A stretch of DNA of 63,723 bases, counting the filler, from Choristocarpus tenellus KU-1152 (taxonomy: Eukaryota; Protista; Phaeophyceae): NCBI GenBank assembly GCA_964200185.2. It is 16 parts of 16 records of this genome, joined end to end, with 100 filler letters (N's around TTAATTAATTAA, not from the genome) between each part and the next. Parts side by side here need not be neighbours in the genome. Positions count along the whole stretch, not along the records: positions 1 to 2,930 come from CAXNAD020023573.1; positions 3,031 to 10,844 come from CAXNAD020005549.1; positions 10,945 to 14,106 come from CAXNAD020021857.1; 13 more parts are not named here. One strand, given 5' to 3'. A program made the translations under genes and the position numbers. The notes under the pieces were generated by a model, which was not told the origin of the DNA, searched no databases, and saw nothing but the letters and a program-made list of their open reading frames with translations. Shown here in pieces: positions 1 to 11,395 of the stretch (positions are counted from its first letter, which is position 1; every line of letters begins with the position of its first letter).

Positions 1-61
1 GGGGTGGCTTGTGTCGCCTTCATCTCCCCCCACGTTGCCCCCACACCAGCCCGCCAACAAT

Positions 62-2813
62 GATGCGCTGGAGCTTCATGCCAATGACGCTTCAGTAACT
101 GTCGCCAAGCTTTGACTGGGATGGATTGAACCCATCCCAGTCAACAAACAGCATGACTGCTGCAAGCGCTTATCCTGTGTGCAGAAGTTCGCGGCAGATA
201 ACGAGTCCTTCCTTGCACGCACCTTGGGTAAAGAGCAGGACATCATCCAGGTGTGTGAGAACCGCCGCGATCGCAAGCACTTCGTTGGCGACCGTGTACC
301 TGTGATTAAGTTGGGACCCAGATGTGGATCTATGCTCGCGGCCGGCATTCCCGTCTGTACGAAATTTTTCAAGGCATCATTCGGGATATTCAATCATGTC
401 ATCGACGCTTGCAAAGGTACAAATAACGCAAGGGCATCCATCGGTGTGGAGAGGTGGGTTCGAAGTATGTACACAGTGTCACTTGGACCCGGTATATTTT
501 TCCCCTTGCTTGAACACACAATAGTAGTCCTATCTGAGAACAATGTGATCTGACCGTACTCACCCGGTTCACTTTGCAGTTACAATGCCTAGATGTCTGA
601 TATACAAAGCTAGAGATCCCTCCAGCGTGGAGTAATGACTTACCTATGTATTTATATGCACGTGCGATATGTTTTTTATGCTTCAACAATATCATCTCAT
701 ACGACCATCCCCGCGCTGCTGCATCATGTACCACGCGTAAATATTTACAGAATATGTGATCCGCTGCTGGCATACCATACCTCTAGGATTCCTTCCCCCG
801 TCCCTCGTATCCACCTCCAACACATATCCCATCCATTTATATACATATGTGCGCTACTACAACAGGAACGGCACGAACAAAGACAAGGACTGGGTCCGAA
901 GTGAGACCTGGTGATGTCCTGGATAGACTACTGGGCTGATTCATACGGGCAGTTCATGCCTCAAAAGACAACAATTGCAATCTACGCCGTGAACAAACAG
1001 GTCGGTTTTGCCCTTGGTTGTGGAGAGGTTGGCTGCACCCTGTGTTGGAGTTGGATGCAAACCGTGTGACCCGGCAGTAAGTAGAAAAGGTGGATCTAAG
1101 TGGTATTTCGAGTGGTGGATGTTCATTACCTTGACCGGTCTGATATTATAGTAAAAGAACATGTCAAGATTCATACAAAGTGCTATCCTTTTCGTTTGTT
1201 ATGTCGATATTTCAATATTCATGATGATACTCTTTGTCTATTTTACGAAGGAAGACACAATGACTGTTATTTCAACGCCGAGCACACATACTCTGCGGCC
1301 CCGGGCCCGGTCTGACATTGGTAGGAAAAGTGTGTACTTCGTGTGTCTAAAGCGCTTCGCGATGATGATGATGATGATGATGATGGTAGATTCGCCTCCT
1401 TTGTCGCCTCTGCAAACGGCAGCGAGGCCCGAACAGAATGACGCTCATGGCAGATTTAATCAGATCATTGTATTTGCTCTTTCGTAATGCACGATGTAAG
1501 CTTGCTTGATCATGTCTTCCGCGTTCTCAGTCAAGTTATTGGTAAGCCCACCTTCGAGATATCTTGGCGTGGTGTTCTTTGAGTGTTCCTTCTCAATAAC
1601 TCCTCACTTGCCCACACAACCAACATTTTTAATTAAGAGCTATACAAGGATTTTTACAAAGAGGCAACACGGGTGTATCCTGACGACCCTTCCAAGAGGG
1701 TAAGCATGGCGTACTTCCTCCAATTGCTCAGAGAGGACAAGCTCAACATCCGGGTGAGGGTCGGAGGCGAGTTTATAAAATGTGACATATGTGTCACGTT
1801 AAAAGAGAAGCGGCACGGTGCGCCTGGTGTAAAACCCACGAACGACTCCACCGTCCTCGAGTCCATCGATAAGGAGCTGTAAGACCATCGAGAGGTAGGT
1901 GTCCATCGTTAATTTGGCAACAAGGATACAGTGACAACATGTCGCCGTCATTGCCCCCCGTTTTGAAGTAAATCCATGTCCTTTTGCGAATGAAGACTCC
2001 CACGTAGCTGTTTATGGCAGCAGCAGTAGCCTCACTCACCGCAAAACTTGCTGTTATTAGCTGCCCAAACACCTTGTACGATAGACTGCTTCCTGGTAGT
2101 GTACAACGGGCTGTGGGAGGGACAGGTCATGTAGCGGTCTTCCGGCCCGGTACGTGCGTACTTCCTACCATCCCAATAACCCTGTGTTTGTCTTGAACGC
2201 AGCAATACAAAACATATCCCAATACAAACATCTATTGTTACCCAGACTACATTTTTGTTACTAACTTGATATGTGTTAGCAAGCGGCAATTTTTTTTTTA
2301 ACTCTGAGCTGATTTATTTGATTAATTCACGTGATGTTGCTGTCCCCCATTCGCCAGATTACCCAAGCGGATCGGCTGGTCATCGCCAACAGTACCAGCA
2401 CACCATGCGGGCCAAAGCCGACGGCAAACCTCTTGACTTCGTGTTCATGTCCGTAGACGCCGTGAACCAGACAGCACACGCCCTCCCAGCACTTTACCCA
2501 CCTACCCACGGCGGTGACAGGTAACCACACGCACGCATAGTCCATCCAACAAGAACTTTGCAGCCACACATGGAACAGAATAGAAGACCACGTTTTATTC
2601 TACGAATGAATGCAAAGTCCCAAGAAATAATCGCCGAAACAAACGCACATAATTCCACTACCTATTCCGTTCATCATGATGACCTTTCTTTACAAGTTCC
2701 TTTCGTTCATGTCCCCCTTATCAGGGGCTACTCCAAGCGCAAGAAGATCATGGCTGCACACGTCGAAGGCCAGTTCGCGGAGGTGTTTTTCACCCCTATC
2801 AATCTTGGAGGAG
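62..2813 (+). pseudogene. Intron-containing Sola-like (DUF7869-type) DNA transposase pseudogene, N-terminal half up to the first catalytic-Asp region
   Basis: Exons bounded by GT/AG: ..453 (HDCCKRLSCVQKF...GIPVCTKFFKASFGI), ~866-1000 (SWIDYWADSYGQFMPQKTTIAIY), ~1637-1894 (ELYKDFY...EFIKCDICVTLK; acceptor mutated), 2358-2520 (FVFMSVDAVNQTAHALP), 2725-2813 (KIMAAHVEG...INLGG). The motif order recalls Sola-type transposases (VCxxFF, GxxMP, FxKCDxC, D-G/A-x-D/N-Q). In-frame stops at 113, 902 and 1880 plus frameshifts; truncated by the contig end. Confidence 0.65.
1361..1385 (+). repeat. (GAT)n microsatellite
   Basis: About 8 GAT units; intronic. Confidence 0.9.
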
Positions 2814-2930
2814 GTACGTATTGTGAGTCGTGGCGAACAATCACATGACCGAATAGATAGATGCTGGTTGCGCATGTTGAAACCTGAATCGAATGCATCG
2901 TACATGTAGGTAAAATGCGTAGACTACTAG

Positions 2931-3030
2931 NNNNNNNNNNNNNNNNNNNNNNNNNNNNNNNNNNNNNNNNNNNNTTAATTAATTAANNNNNNNNNNNNNN
3001 NNNNNNNNNNNNNNNNNNNNNNNNNNNNNN
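2931..3030. other. Artificial contig-joining spacer (N44-TTAATTAATTAA-N44); 15 such spacers in the window
   Basis: Identical 100-nt spacer with stops in all six frames starts at 2931, 10845, 14107, 17977, 26251, 29639, 32288, 35260, 38337, 41552, 46490, 49540, 52627, 55228 and 60969. Confidence 0.98.
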
Positions 3031-3053
3031 CCCCCCCATAGATACTTTGGGTC
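3031..3053 (-). mobile_element. Terminus of poly-G MITE family B
   Basis: poly-C followed by AGATACTTTGGGTC, the reverse complement of GACCCAAAGTATCT-polyG, at the contig start. Confidence 0.7.
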
Positions 3054-5983
3054 TGTTTTGCTGATTAAGGGGCGACAAAGCGTTCCAACGAAATTTTGAT
3101 GTGCTGCCATTATATGCCTCTGGAAGCACGAGGACTCTAGATGCGCATCCTGGTATATTGATGTCCGTGCGATGGTTGCAGGTGACGCAGGAGAGGTGCA
3201 AGTGATAGTACGCTGTTGGTCGAGGTGAAGATTTGATCACTCCCTTTAGTTTTTGACTCGAAAGACTATCTTCGTTCGAATTCCAAGGTGCTCTTGACGG
3301 ATCACCAATCAGAACATCCTGCCGTCTGGGATGGATCAGCAGAGGAATGAGAAGGAATGAGGATAACATTTTGAACGTATACATATATATATATGTATAT
3401 ATATTTCACTCCGATATAGTGCCAGGGCGTATGAGGACAAGCGTTGGTTGGTGCGTGCCCCAAAATGCATGTAATAAGAGTACGTGGAGGATGAGGTGCC
3501 ATTGTCACCTATCCGCTTGTCATCCTTGTGGCAAGAAAGGGCTATTAAAGAAGATATCGAATGACAGGAGGGGCTCTTTTGATTCTATTGTGCATTGTTT
3601 TCTATTGTTGATATTGGATAAATACATTTCATAAGGGTTTCATGCTGGTTTTCACATATTTTGCCAAGTATTTCAATTGGTAGGAATAATTGTTCGCAGT
3701 ATTTCCTACCACTTGAAAAGCATGTTCAGCTTTATAGTTGGTCTATTTGTATACTGTGCAGCGTTAACTACAAGCTTTATTTACATCTATCTGTTCTATT
3801 GATACGTGTCCGAGCGCTGTATGAGATCCCTTAGGAGAAAGTAGCATTACAAAAATATGATCCTATAGGTTCTCTTGTGCTAATAGGAACTTAGCTAGCC
3901 TTCTTTGATTTTATCAGTCTCATGTCACTCCCTTTGTTCCTCATAGCTGGGTGTTTTAGCCTCTGTAAAATGATCAAGGTATGAATTGACTGGTGGGATA
4001 TTGACTGGGCAGATCAATATTTATTTGGTGATTTGCCCTCCGAGAGGATGTAAGGTATGTTGTGTGATAAAAAGATTGCAAGATGATTGGAATCCCTGTA
4101 CCTGAGGATGATAAGGTTTCTTGATGAGTACTCAACATTTGTTTACCACTTTTCCAGTCTTTCCAATCTACGGCCGAAGTCTGATGATCCGTGATATCTT
4201 CCTATTTATGTGTTTGTGTGCGTCCACCTTCTCAGGAACTACTATTGTATCAGTGGAAAATTACTTGACCGGAATTTGTTCACATTGTGCAGCTGATCCA
4301 TACTGTAGTACAGGCCTTGTCATAGGGTTCAGTGAAGTTCTAATGCATTGAGTGTACGGTGGCTAAGCCCATCTAGCAATTAACTCCCAAATAACTGGTC
4401 AATCCTTTCTCGGACTTGGCATACTGACTGGGTAGATTTGTATTTGCGTAGGTGGGTAGCTATGACTGAAAATATTTTGCTCTAAATTATTTGACAGTTA
4501 GCTGTGCACAACCTTCATCAAGCAGTCACAATGCTCAAGCACTATCAGGAGGAAGGGAACAGGGGTGTGTGCGTGTTTTGTGTAAGGAAGGTGTGCCTGG
4601 GTAAGCCTGTGGGGGCTAGCTGGGAGGAAAAGGGAAGGGAAAGCATCTGCCACCAGGCACCATGGTACTCGAGCAGGACAAGGAAGAAGGGCACAGGGAG
4701 TGTGTGCGTGCCTGTGACTGGGAGAAAGGAGGAGGAGAAGCCCTACCAGTCAGCAATCAAGGTGCTCCAGCTGCATTGGAAAGAAAGGCACAGGGAGGGG
4801 TGGGTTGTTCCTGGATACCAGGGGTGAATTACTCTGTTGGGGTCTGTCTGTGCCTGCCGGGGCGAACTATCTCAATATATGTATATATTGTTGGACTACA
4901 GGTAGAAGGGAAATTGGTGGGTACTCAGTATTTGGCGATCAGTTACAAACAATATCCACCCCTTCGTGTCTACTGTCTTGCGATATCTACTACTTTGAAG
5001 TAAGTTGTACTATTTTACTCTGGAGTATAACCACCAATCGATCCAACATCTTAATTGCAATATTATCATTATTTTTTGTCGATTGCAGCAGTAGATATGA
5101 GAATATTATCACTACCCTTCAACAGATGAAAAACACAACCTCAACAACTCACCAAACACAACCTCCTCGATTGTATATTGGACTTTTTCTATAGTGTCAT
5201 TTACCACTTACTGCACCTACTTGTTGTCTGCAAATTCTACAGCTAACTGCGTAGGATCATCATCATGCTCATCATCAACCATACATTATCATCAGAAACA
5301 CATGCATAATGTAAGGACATCGACGACAATACACCTCTACCTGCAGATTATGGCAATGCAGCACTTCTTCATTCGATCAAATCTATCCACAACTTCATTC
5401 AACCTGCTTACCCTAACATTCAATCTTGTAACCTCATGAACCCAACACATCATTTCATAGTTAAGGTAGGAGGCACCCTGTGAATGTATGTATGGTATAT
5501 TCAGTTGTTAATAATATTGATGTGTACCTTATGGAACCTGGTTCTGTGTGATGGGGGGTCATGAGAACCACCGGAGATGAGGTGAGGAAGGAAGTGAAGA
5601 CGGGACTGAGGTATGCTGGGATAGATAGACAACCTCAGAGTGGCATATCGATCCATCTTCACTGTGATTGGTTGCGTCCAGTCAGAACAGAAAACACAAT
5701 ATCAGACTTTGCTTGTTTGAATCCACTACTGTTCATGTCAGGTTACCGTGAGCAAGTTGTGCGTTTGATCCACACCACATCATCTTGACTGGACTCAATG
5801 ACAAAAGGCGGCGCATGCAAATGCATATTACTGCGTGCATAATGCACATCAGCATCGGTAGATCCCAAAAAAGGGGACCTGCCCCTGACATAGTTTTGCT
5901 TTGCTCACGAATTCTGGATTATTATTATTTATTTGATGTTTGCATTCCACCCATTCTCCCCCCCCCCCATTGTACCATCACTT

Positions 5984-6412
5984 GGGACCAACCACTGTGA
6001 ACTCCCTTTGCCACTCATTTCCAGTCACTCCGATGACCAACCAGTGCGAACCCCTTTCGACTCTGATTTCCAATCACCGCCCACCTCCGATGACCAATCA
6101 GTGTGAACCCCCTTTCTTTGCCACTGGTTCTCAGTCATCCCCCACATCCGATGATCAGCCAGTGTGACCCCTCTGCCACTGATTTCCAGTCACCCCTCAC
6201 ATTCCGATGACCAACCAGTGCGATCCCTTCACCACCGATTTCCAGTCACCAAACCCCATCTGATGACCAACCAGTGCGGCCCCTTCGCCACTGATTCCCA
6301 GTCACCCCACACATCCGATGACCAACCAGTGTGATCCCTTCGCCACCAATTCCAGTCACCAAACCCCATCTGATGACCAACCAGTGCGACCCCTTCATTG
6401 ATTTCCAGTCAC
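5984..6412 (+). repeat. ~57-bp tandem repeat (minisatellite), about 7.5 copies
   Basis: Unit approximately CCGATGACCAACCAGTGCGACCCCTTCGCCACTGATTTCCAGTCACCCCACACAT recurs every 55-60 nt. Confidence 0.92.
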
Positions 6413-6507
6413 TACCCCGCCCTTCAACCCTACCCAACCCCACACCACTTACCACTCCACCACACCATTCAACACTGCTCCCCCCCACAACACTTTCCAC
6501 CACTTTG

Positions 6508-6936
6508 TGTTACAGGCGAGTAGCGCGAGTATTTCTTCCCGCATTTTAACTGGCGCGAGCAGTATACACGCATGGGGAACCCCAAAAGGGGGAACTCCGA
6601 TTTGCTAAAAAGTTGCAGAATAATATCTGTAACTCGGGAAAGTCGTAAGGGTTCCCAGATGGAAAGGTCGCAAGGGTTCTCAGATACAATTACAATGTCT
6701 GTAAACCAAAGAAGCCCTAACGATAAATGATAATATATCCTAAAAACGGCTCCAAATGGCTCAGTTCGGGTCTAAAAAGACCCACCTAAAGCACTCTCTA
6801 TATCTGATATCATAAACATTTCTGATGCTGATTGATTCATTGAGAGTACCCCTGTTCTGCTGAGCTGACGTTCATTAACCTGTGGATTGAAGCTACCCAT
6901 CCTGTGGAGTTAAGTCTCTCGAGCGTGCCTGTAACA
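6508..6936 (+). mobile_element. Solo LTR of an LTR retrotransposon
   Basis: Starts TGTTACAGGC and ends GCCTGTAACA (perfect 10-bp inverted termini, TG..CA). The 5' end is homologous to copies at 59875 and 53054(-). Flanks TTTG/TTTC are a near-TSD. Confidence 0.75.
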
Positions 6937-7829
6937 TTTCTGCTTCCCCACACCATTATTAACAACACTCAACCCCCCACCACTTTCCATCACTTTCCAC
7001 TTCCCAACACCTCTCAACACCACTCCACAATCATCCAAGAACACCCCTTCACCATCCACCACACACCGTGCATTTGACCTAGAAGACATCTAACCCGCCT
7101 GACCAACATCCCAGTCAGTCGTGAGCAATCGACAGGGTGGGTGGGTGGGAGAGATTGTTCAGAGGTCATATTTTTCTAGCCCTGCTTGTCCCATACCCCC
7201 AGCCTCAGGTTTTCCTTACGTTCTGATCATTCCTTCCTACCTCATTCTTCCACCTACTACCCATTTCTTTTCACTCCTCTCCCACCTCTTCTGCATCCTA
7301 GCCACTTAGTGCTTAACTCTTTGTCCACCCTTGATATTTTTCTTTTTCCCTAATCACCCTTCCTTCCCTGTATGTCAGTCCTACCAGAATTCCCCCGCCC
7401 ACAAAACTCAGATTACTTCATTAACTTCCCCATTTTTACTAATTGAAGGACTCAAAATCAACATTTGATTCAAACCCACATTACCGATCCTTCAACTTCA
7501 ATATTCCTTATCCCCTCATCCCGTACCTCTATACCTTAGCTTCCTCCACCTTGGAGTCATCTATTTTTTTTGTGTTAGGGAGATGAAGACACCCACTACT
7601 TGTGTTTTTCTTAATATATGCCATACAGTTTTGTTTTATTTTTATTTTTTTATTTTGTTCACAAACTTGACTTTTCCGCGAGTGTCGCCGCGTGCTTAAT
7701 TGTGAGTGTTCATGTATGTCGGTTGTTGTAGAAACAGGAAAGAGAAAGGTTCACCTTGGCTTTACATTCAACTTTCAACTTGGTTAGGGACTGTTTGAAG
7801 AACTCACAACCAGTCTCTCTGCTCCAAGT

Positions 7830-9555
7830 TATTTGTTGCTCATCCCATACATGTCTCCTTCCCATCCTTTGAGGTTGGTGTTAACCATGGCCACAATAAC
7901 TTGCACAGCAAGGCAGGCACAGGGTTTCCTCCAAGTCCCTGTGGTCCCAACATCGTGTCCTCGGATCTCTACACAACAAGGATTGTCGCGAACACCATTG
8001 TGCCAGAAGCGAGAAAGAAGTATGCACCCATCGAAGGCCACAGATTTGGACAAGAGCGCAGAGTGAGTCCCAAAATAGCAGTCTCTAATTTGGCATTGGA
8101 TTCTGCCCCTCCAAGACTGGTTCTGGTCCTCTACCGTCTACCTGTATACAAATCCTGTCGGTTAGTATCTAAGTAGGTACTGGATTTTCACCTCTTTTGT
8201 TGTATGTAAAACATTCCCTATTCTTGCAAGTGCTGGACGTACCGCCAATAGCTTGTCTCGGTGATCTAACATGTTTCCTGTGGTTACCTGGAGGCCTGAA
8301 GATTTCCACATTTTATCACGCCGTGCCTTCATAATGCCGGAATAAAACAGATATGTCAAGGCAGAGCTTGAACGTGTCCAAGCTGAGTACGAGGTCAACC
8401 GAAAAGCCAAGGTAAAAGTCCTGACTCAACTCTTGTACTGGCACACCACTTGTCACCCTGCGCATGGTTCCCAAACAAAGATGGCATCACGTGAATAATC
8501 GATCGAACTTGACAGCGGCGTGATTTTTTGCATTGCATACGATGAGCGATCGGATCGAGCTCCCAACTTCATATACACGGCCTCCGCTTGTAGTACCTCT
8601 ACATCCCTATCTCTTCTCGAGGCCTTGTAAGTATGTGCGGTAAGTTCTAGCATCGCACCTTGCGCACACGTGTACTGCACCATGGCTGCATGCCTGGAGG
8701 TTTATGCTTCAGATCTTTACGATGTGAACCCCTGGAACCAGAATTCAAATTCCTGGGCAACTGCTACCCTCGCTCGCCATCCTGACATCTATCGCAACAG
8801 ATAGCAGAGCAAACAAGGAAAGCAGCAGCAGCCGGGGAAGCAACAGTGACCCCATTGTCGGAGCTGGATTTTATCCCGTATATCAATGAGGATGGGAAAA
8901 TTACCGACCTGGAGGTTGGCAAGGGGGTCAGAGCGAGTGTGTACGCTATATATGATGAGGTAAAGCGATTTTGTGGGGAATTTGTTGTTGTAAAGGTGAA
9001 TGCTGCAATGAAAGGGAATTGAAACTTGTTGGTTTTGTTGGTATTTGAGGTTTTCATAGAGAGATGAAGGTTTGTGGCAAGTAATGTTTCAAGCATAGCA
9101 GCTAGGAGAACATGTGGTGGAAAAGGAAAAACTTGATTACCCCGAACACCACTTTGTGAGGCATCCAAATCTGACCCTCAAATATATAGATCACATCTCC
9201 TACCTATCTGTATATGAATAGATGTAGCCTGCTTCCTCATCATAAAGCACAAGAGATGGCACCCAAGTATTCTTGGGTGTGTATGATTTGTGTCCTGCCT
9301 GTGTGGTCAGTGGATAGAAGATGAAAAAAGTGCTTGGCAGGTGAAAGTGATGACACGGCTATGTGATTGGCAATGCAACTGCAACTACCCAATGAATTCA
9401 CTGAGGTACCTGACAAAGGTGTTGCTCGCCTTTCTCAACCTTTCTGTCGATCCCTACAGGCCAAGGTCATGCAGTATGTTGGGGTCTCTCGAGGGGTTCA
9501 GCAAAGTCTTCGTTTGCACCTGGCCCGCTGTCCTGAAAAGACTTACTTCCTCAAG
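7830..9555 (+). pseudogene. Degenerate spliced coding remnant, possibly transposon-derived (SWIM-like C..PCxH motif)
   Basis: Exon-like blocks end at GT donors near 8411 and 9555. Reading frames are interrupted by stops, and one contains VCAVSSSIAPCAHVYC. Identity is uncertain. Confidence 0.25.
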
Positions 9556-11395
9556 GTAAGACCTTCAATACCGCCGGGGAGGAGGGGAGGGGGGGGTTAC
9601 GTTGTTATGTTACTGCCAGTGCATTTATTTGTTGTTGTTGCATTGTGATTAGCATGAGCATAGTATCCCTAGAAATTCAACTGTTGGAGAGAAGATGTAA
9701 AGACGATTGGCTTTACTGAGTGTGTGTCAATGACAGGCATAGGTCCAAGTCCCTTTTGTTGCAGAATATTTATTGCTGTTGGGACTGCTTGCCTTGAGTT
9801 TTTCGCTTCTTCCGAATGCTCTGTACTATGTCATCAAGGAATGTCCTCGTGTTGTGATGTTGATAAAATGGAGTTGATTGAGGGGAGTTGTCACTGGAGT
9901 GGAGAGGATTGACTGTCGCTGCTACCATAATGGACTCTAAGGTGTCTCTTTCTGTCCCATACATTTGACTGTTCAATACGCTTCAGGCATCGGGGCTATT
10001 TCTGATCAACTGAGAAGAACGTTCTCAGAATATACCTCTTGTTTTTATCTGTCCAATTTCTCCCCGCAAATTAAAGAGCTGTGTAGTGGGGAAGGGAACG
10101 TAGACTGCAAAATATAGCCGATGCAAAGACTTCGAGGATGAACCTGACAAGTCCTACAACACCATATTGAGTGATTGGTGGATCAGTATGATGTTGCAGA
10201 CTATACCCTTCCTATACCTTTTTGTGGTTCATGATACACGGTATATTCTCTGAACACTTTATGCACTGCCATCCGAAGTCATATAGCATTTTCATGAGTC
10301 TTATCCTGTCTATACTTTTCTTCTCTATTTGTACCACTTGATACATATATACAGGTGCAGCACATCACACAACCTAGCCGATCCCTCCTGGAGATCATTA
10401 GGGACTCTTGGGTAGAGGAGAACGGGTCGAATCCGGATGGAAATGATGGGGCAGAGAACCAGGTGCAGAAAAAAAGAAGCTAGTGTCTAGTGATTCCCTG
10501 AATAGATGCGGATGCTGTGAATGTAGTCACCTGTTGGTGATGGCACTCAAATTCACTCTTCCCATTAGTGTCAATAGTCTCTTTTTTGCTACAGCGCTGA
10601 TAAGTTGGTGAGTGAGAATGAGAGGCGTTAAGTTTGTATGTTTGTGTTGGTCTTTCTAGTGGCACATGGATGTCACACCTGTGCAATCTTGTTGGTGGGA
10701 AAAAAAATAAATATATATATATATATATTTTATTCTTTTAAAGACAATGATGGAACAAGTGGGGGGGGGGGGGGGTTGATAGTGTGTTTTGTCCCATTTT
10801 TCCGGTTATTTTTACCTGTTTTTTTTTTTTTTTTAGTTATTCCANNNNNNNNNNNNNNNNNNNNNNNNNNNNNNNNNNNNNNNNNNNNTTAATTAATTAA
10901 NNNNNNNNNNNNNNNNNNNNNNNNNNNNNNNNNNNNNNNNNNNNGTGGACAAGGTGCGTACAGGTTAGGGTTGTCGCCAGTGGCAAACAGAGGCCGATTA
11001 TTGTGAGTGGGGGGGGGCATGCATGTAGTATATGCGCTACCTATTCCTGTAGGGTTAGGGTTAGGTACATGGGAGACGTTGATACCGGAAAGAAAATAAC
11101 AACTTCGAGTTTCGCTCGAGTTTGTTGGTTGGCAGACTTATGCAAAATAGGCAGCGATGGTTGTAAGTGTGCACAGACTGTCTGTGCAGTCAATTGAGAA
11201 GTGCATATGTGTGATTCTGACGCTGCACTTCGTGTCGACGTAAAGGGACTTAGGGATAGGTGACAATTTTGAATGGTATATATTGCGTGTTTGGTGTATA
11301 GGTGGTCAAGGGGCATACGGGTTGGGGTTGTCGCCAGTGGCAGACAGAGGTCGATCTTTGTGAGTGGGGGGGATCGTCATGTGGAGCGTGCCTAC

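Noticed and set aside
5984-6412. CRISPR-like array (also considered 23327-23695 and 32012-32234)
   Set aside because: The units are contiguous degenerate tandem copies without unique spacers, there are no cas genes, and the context is eukaryotic.
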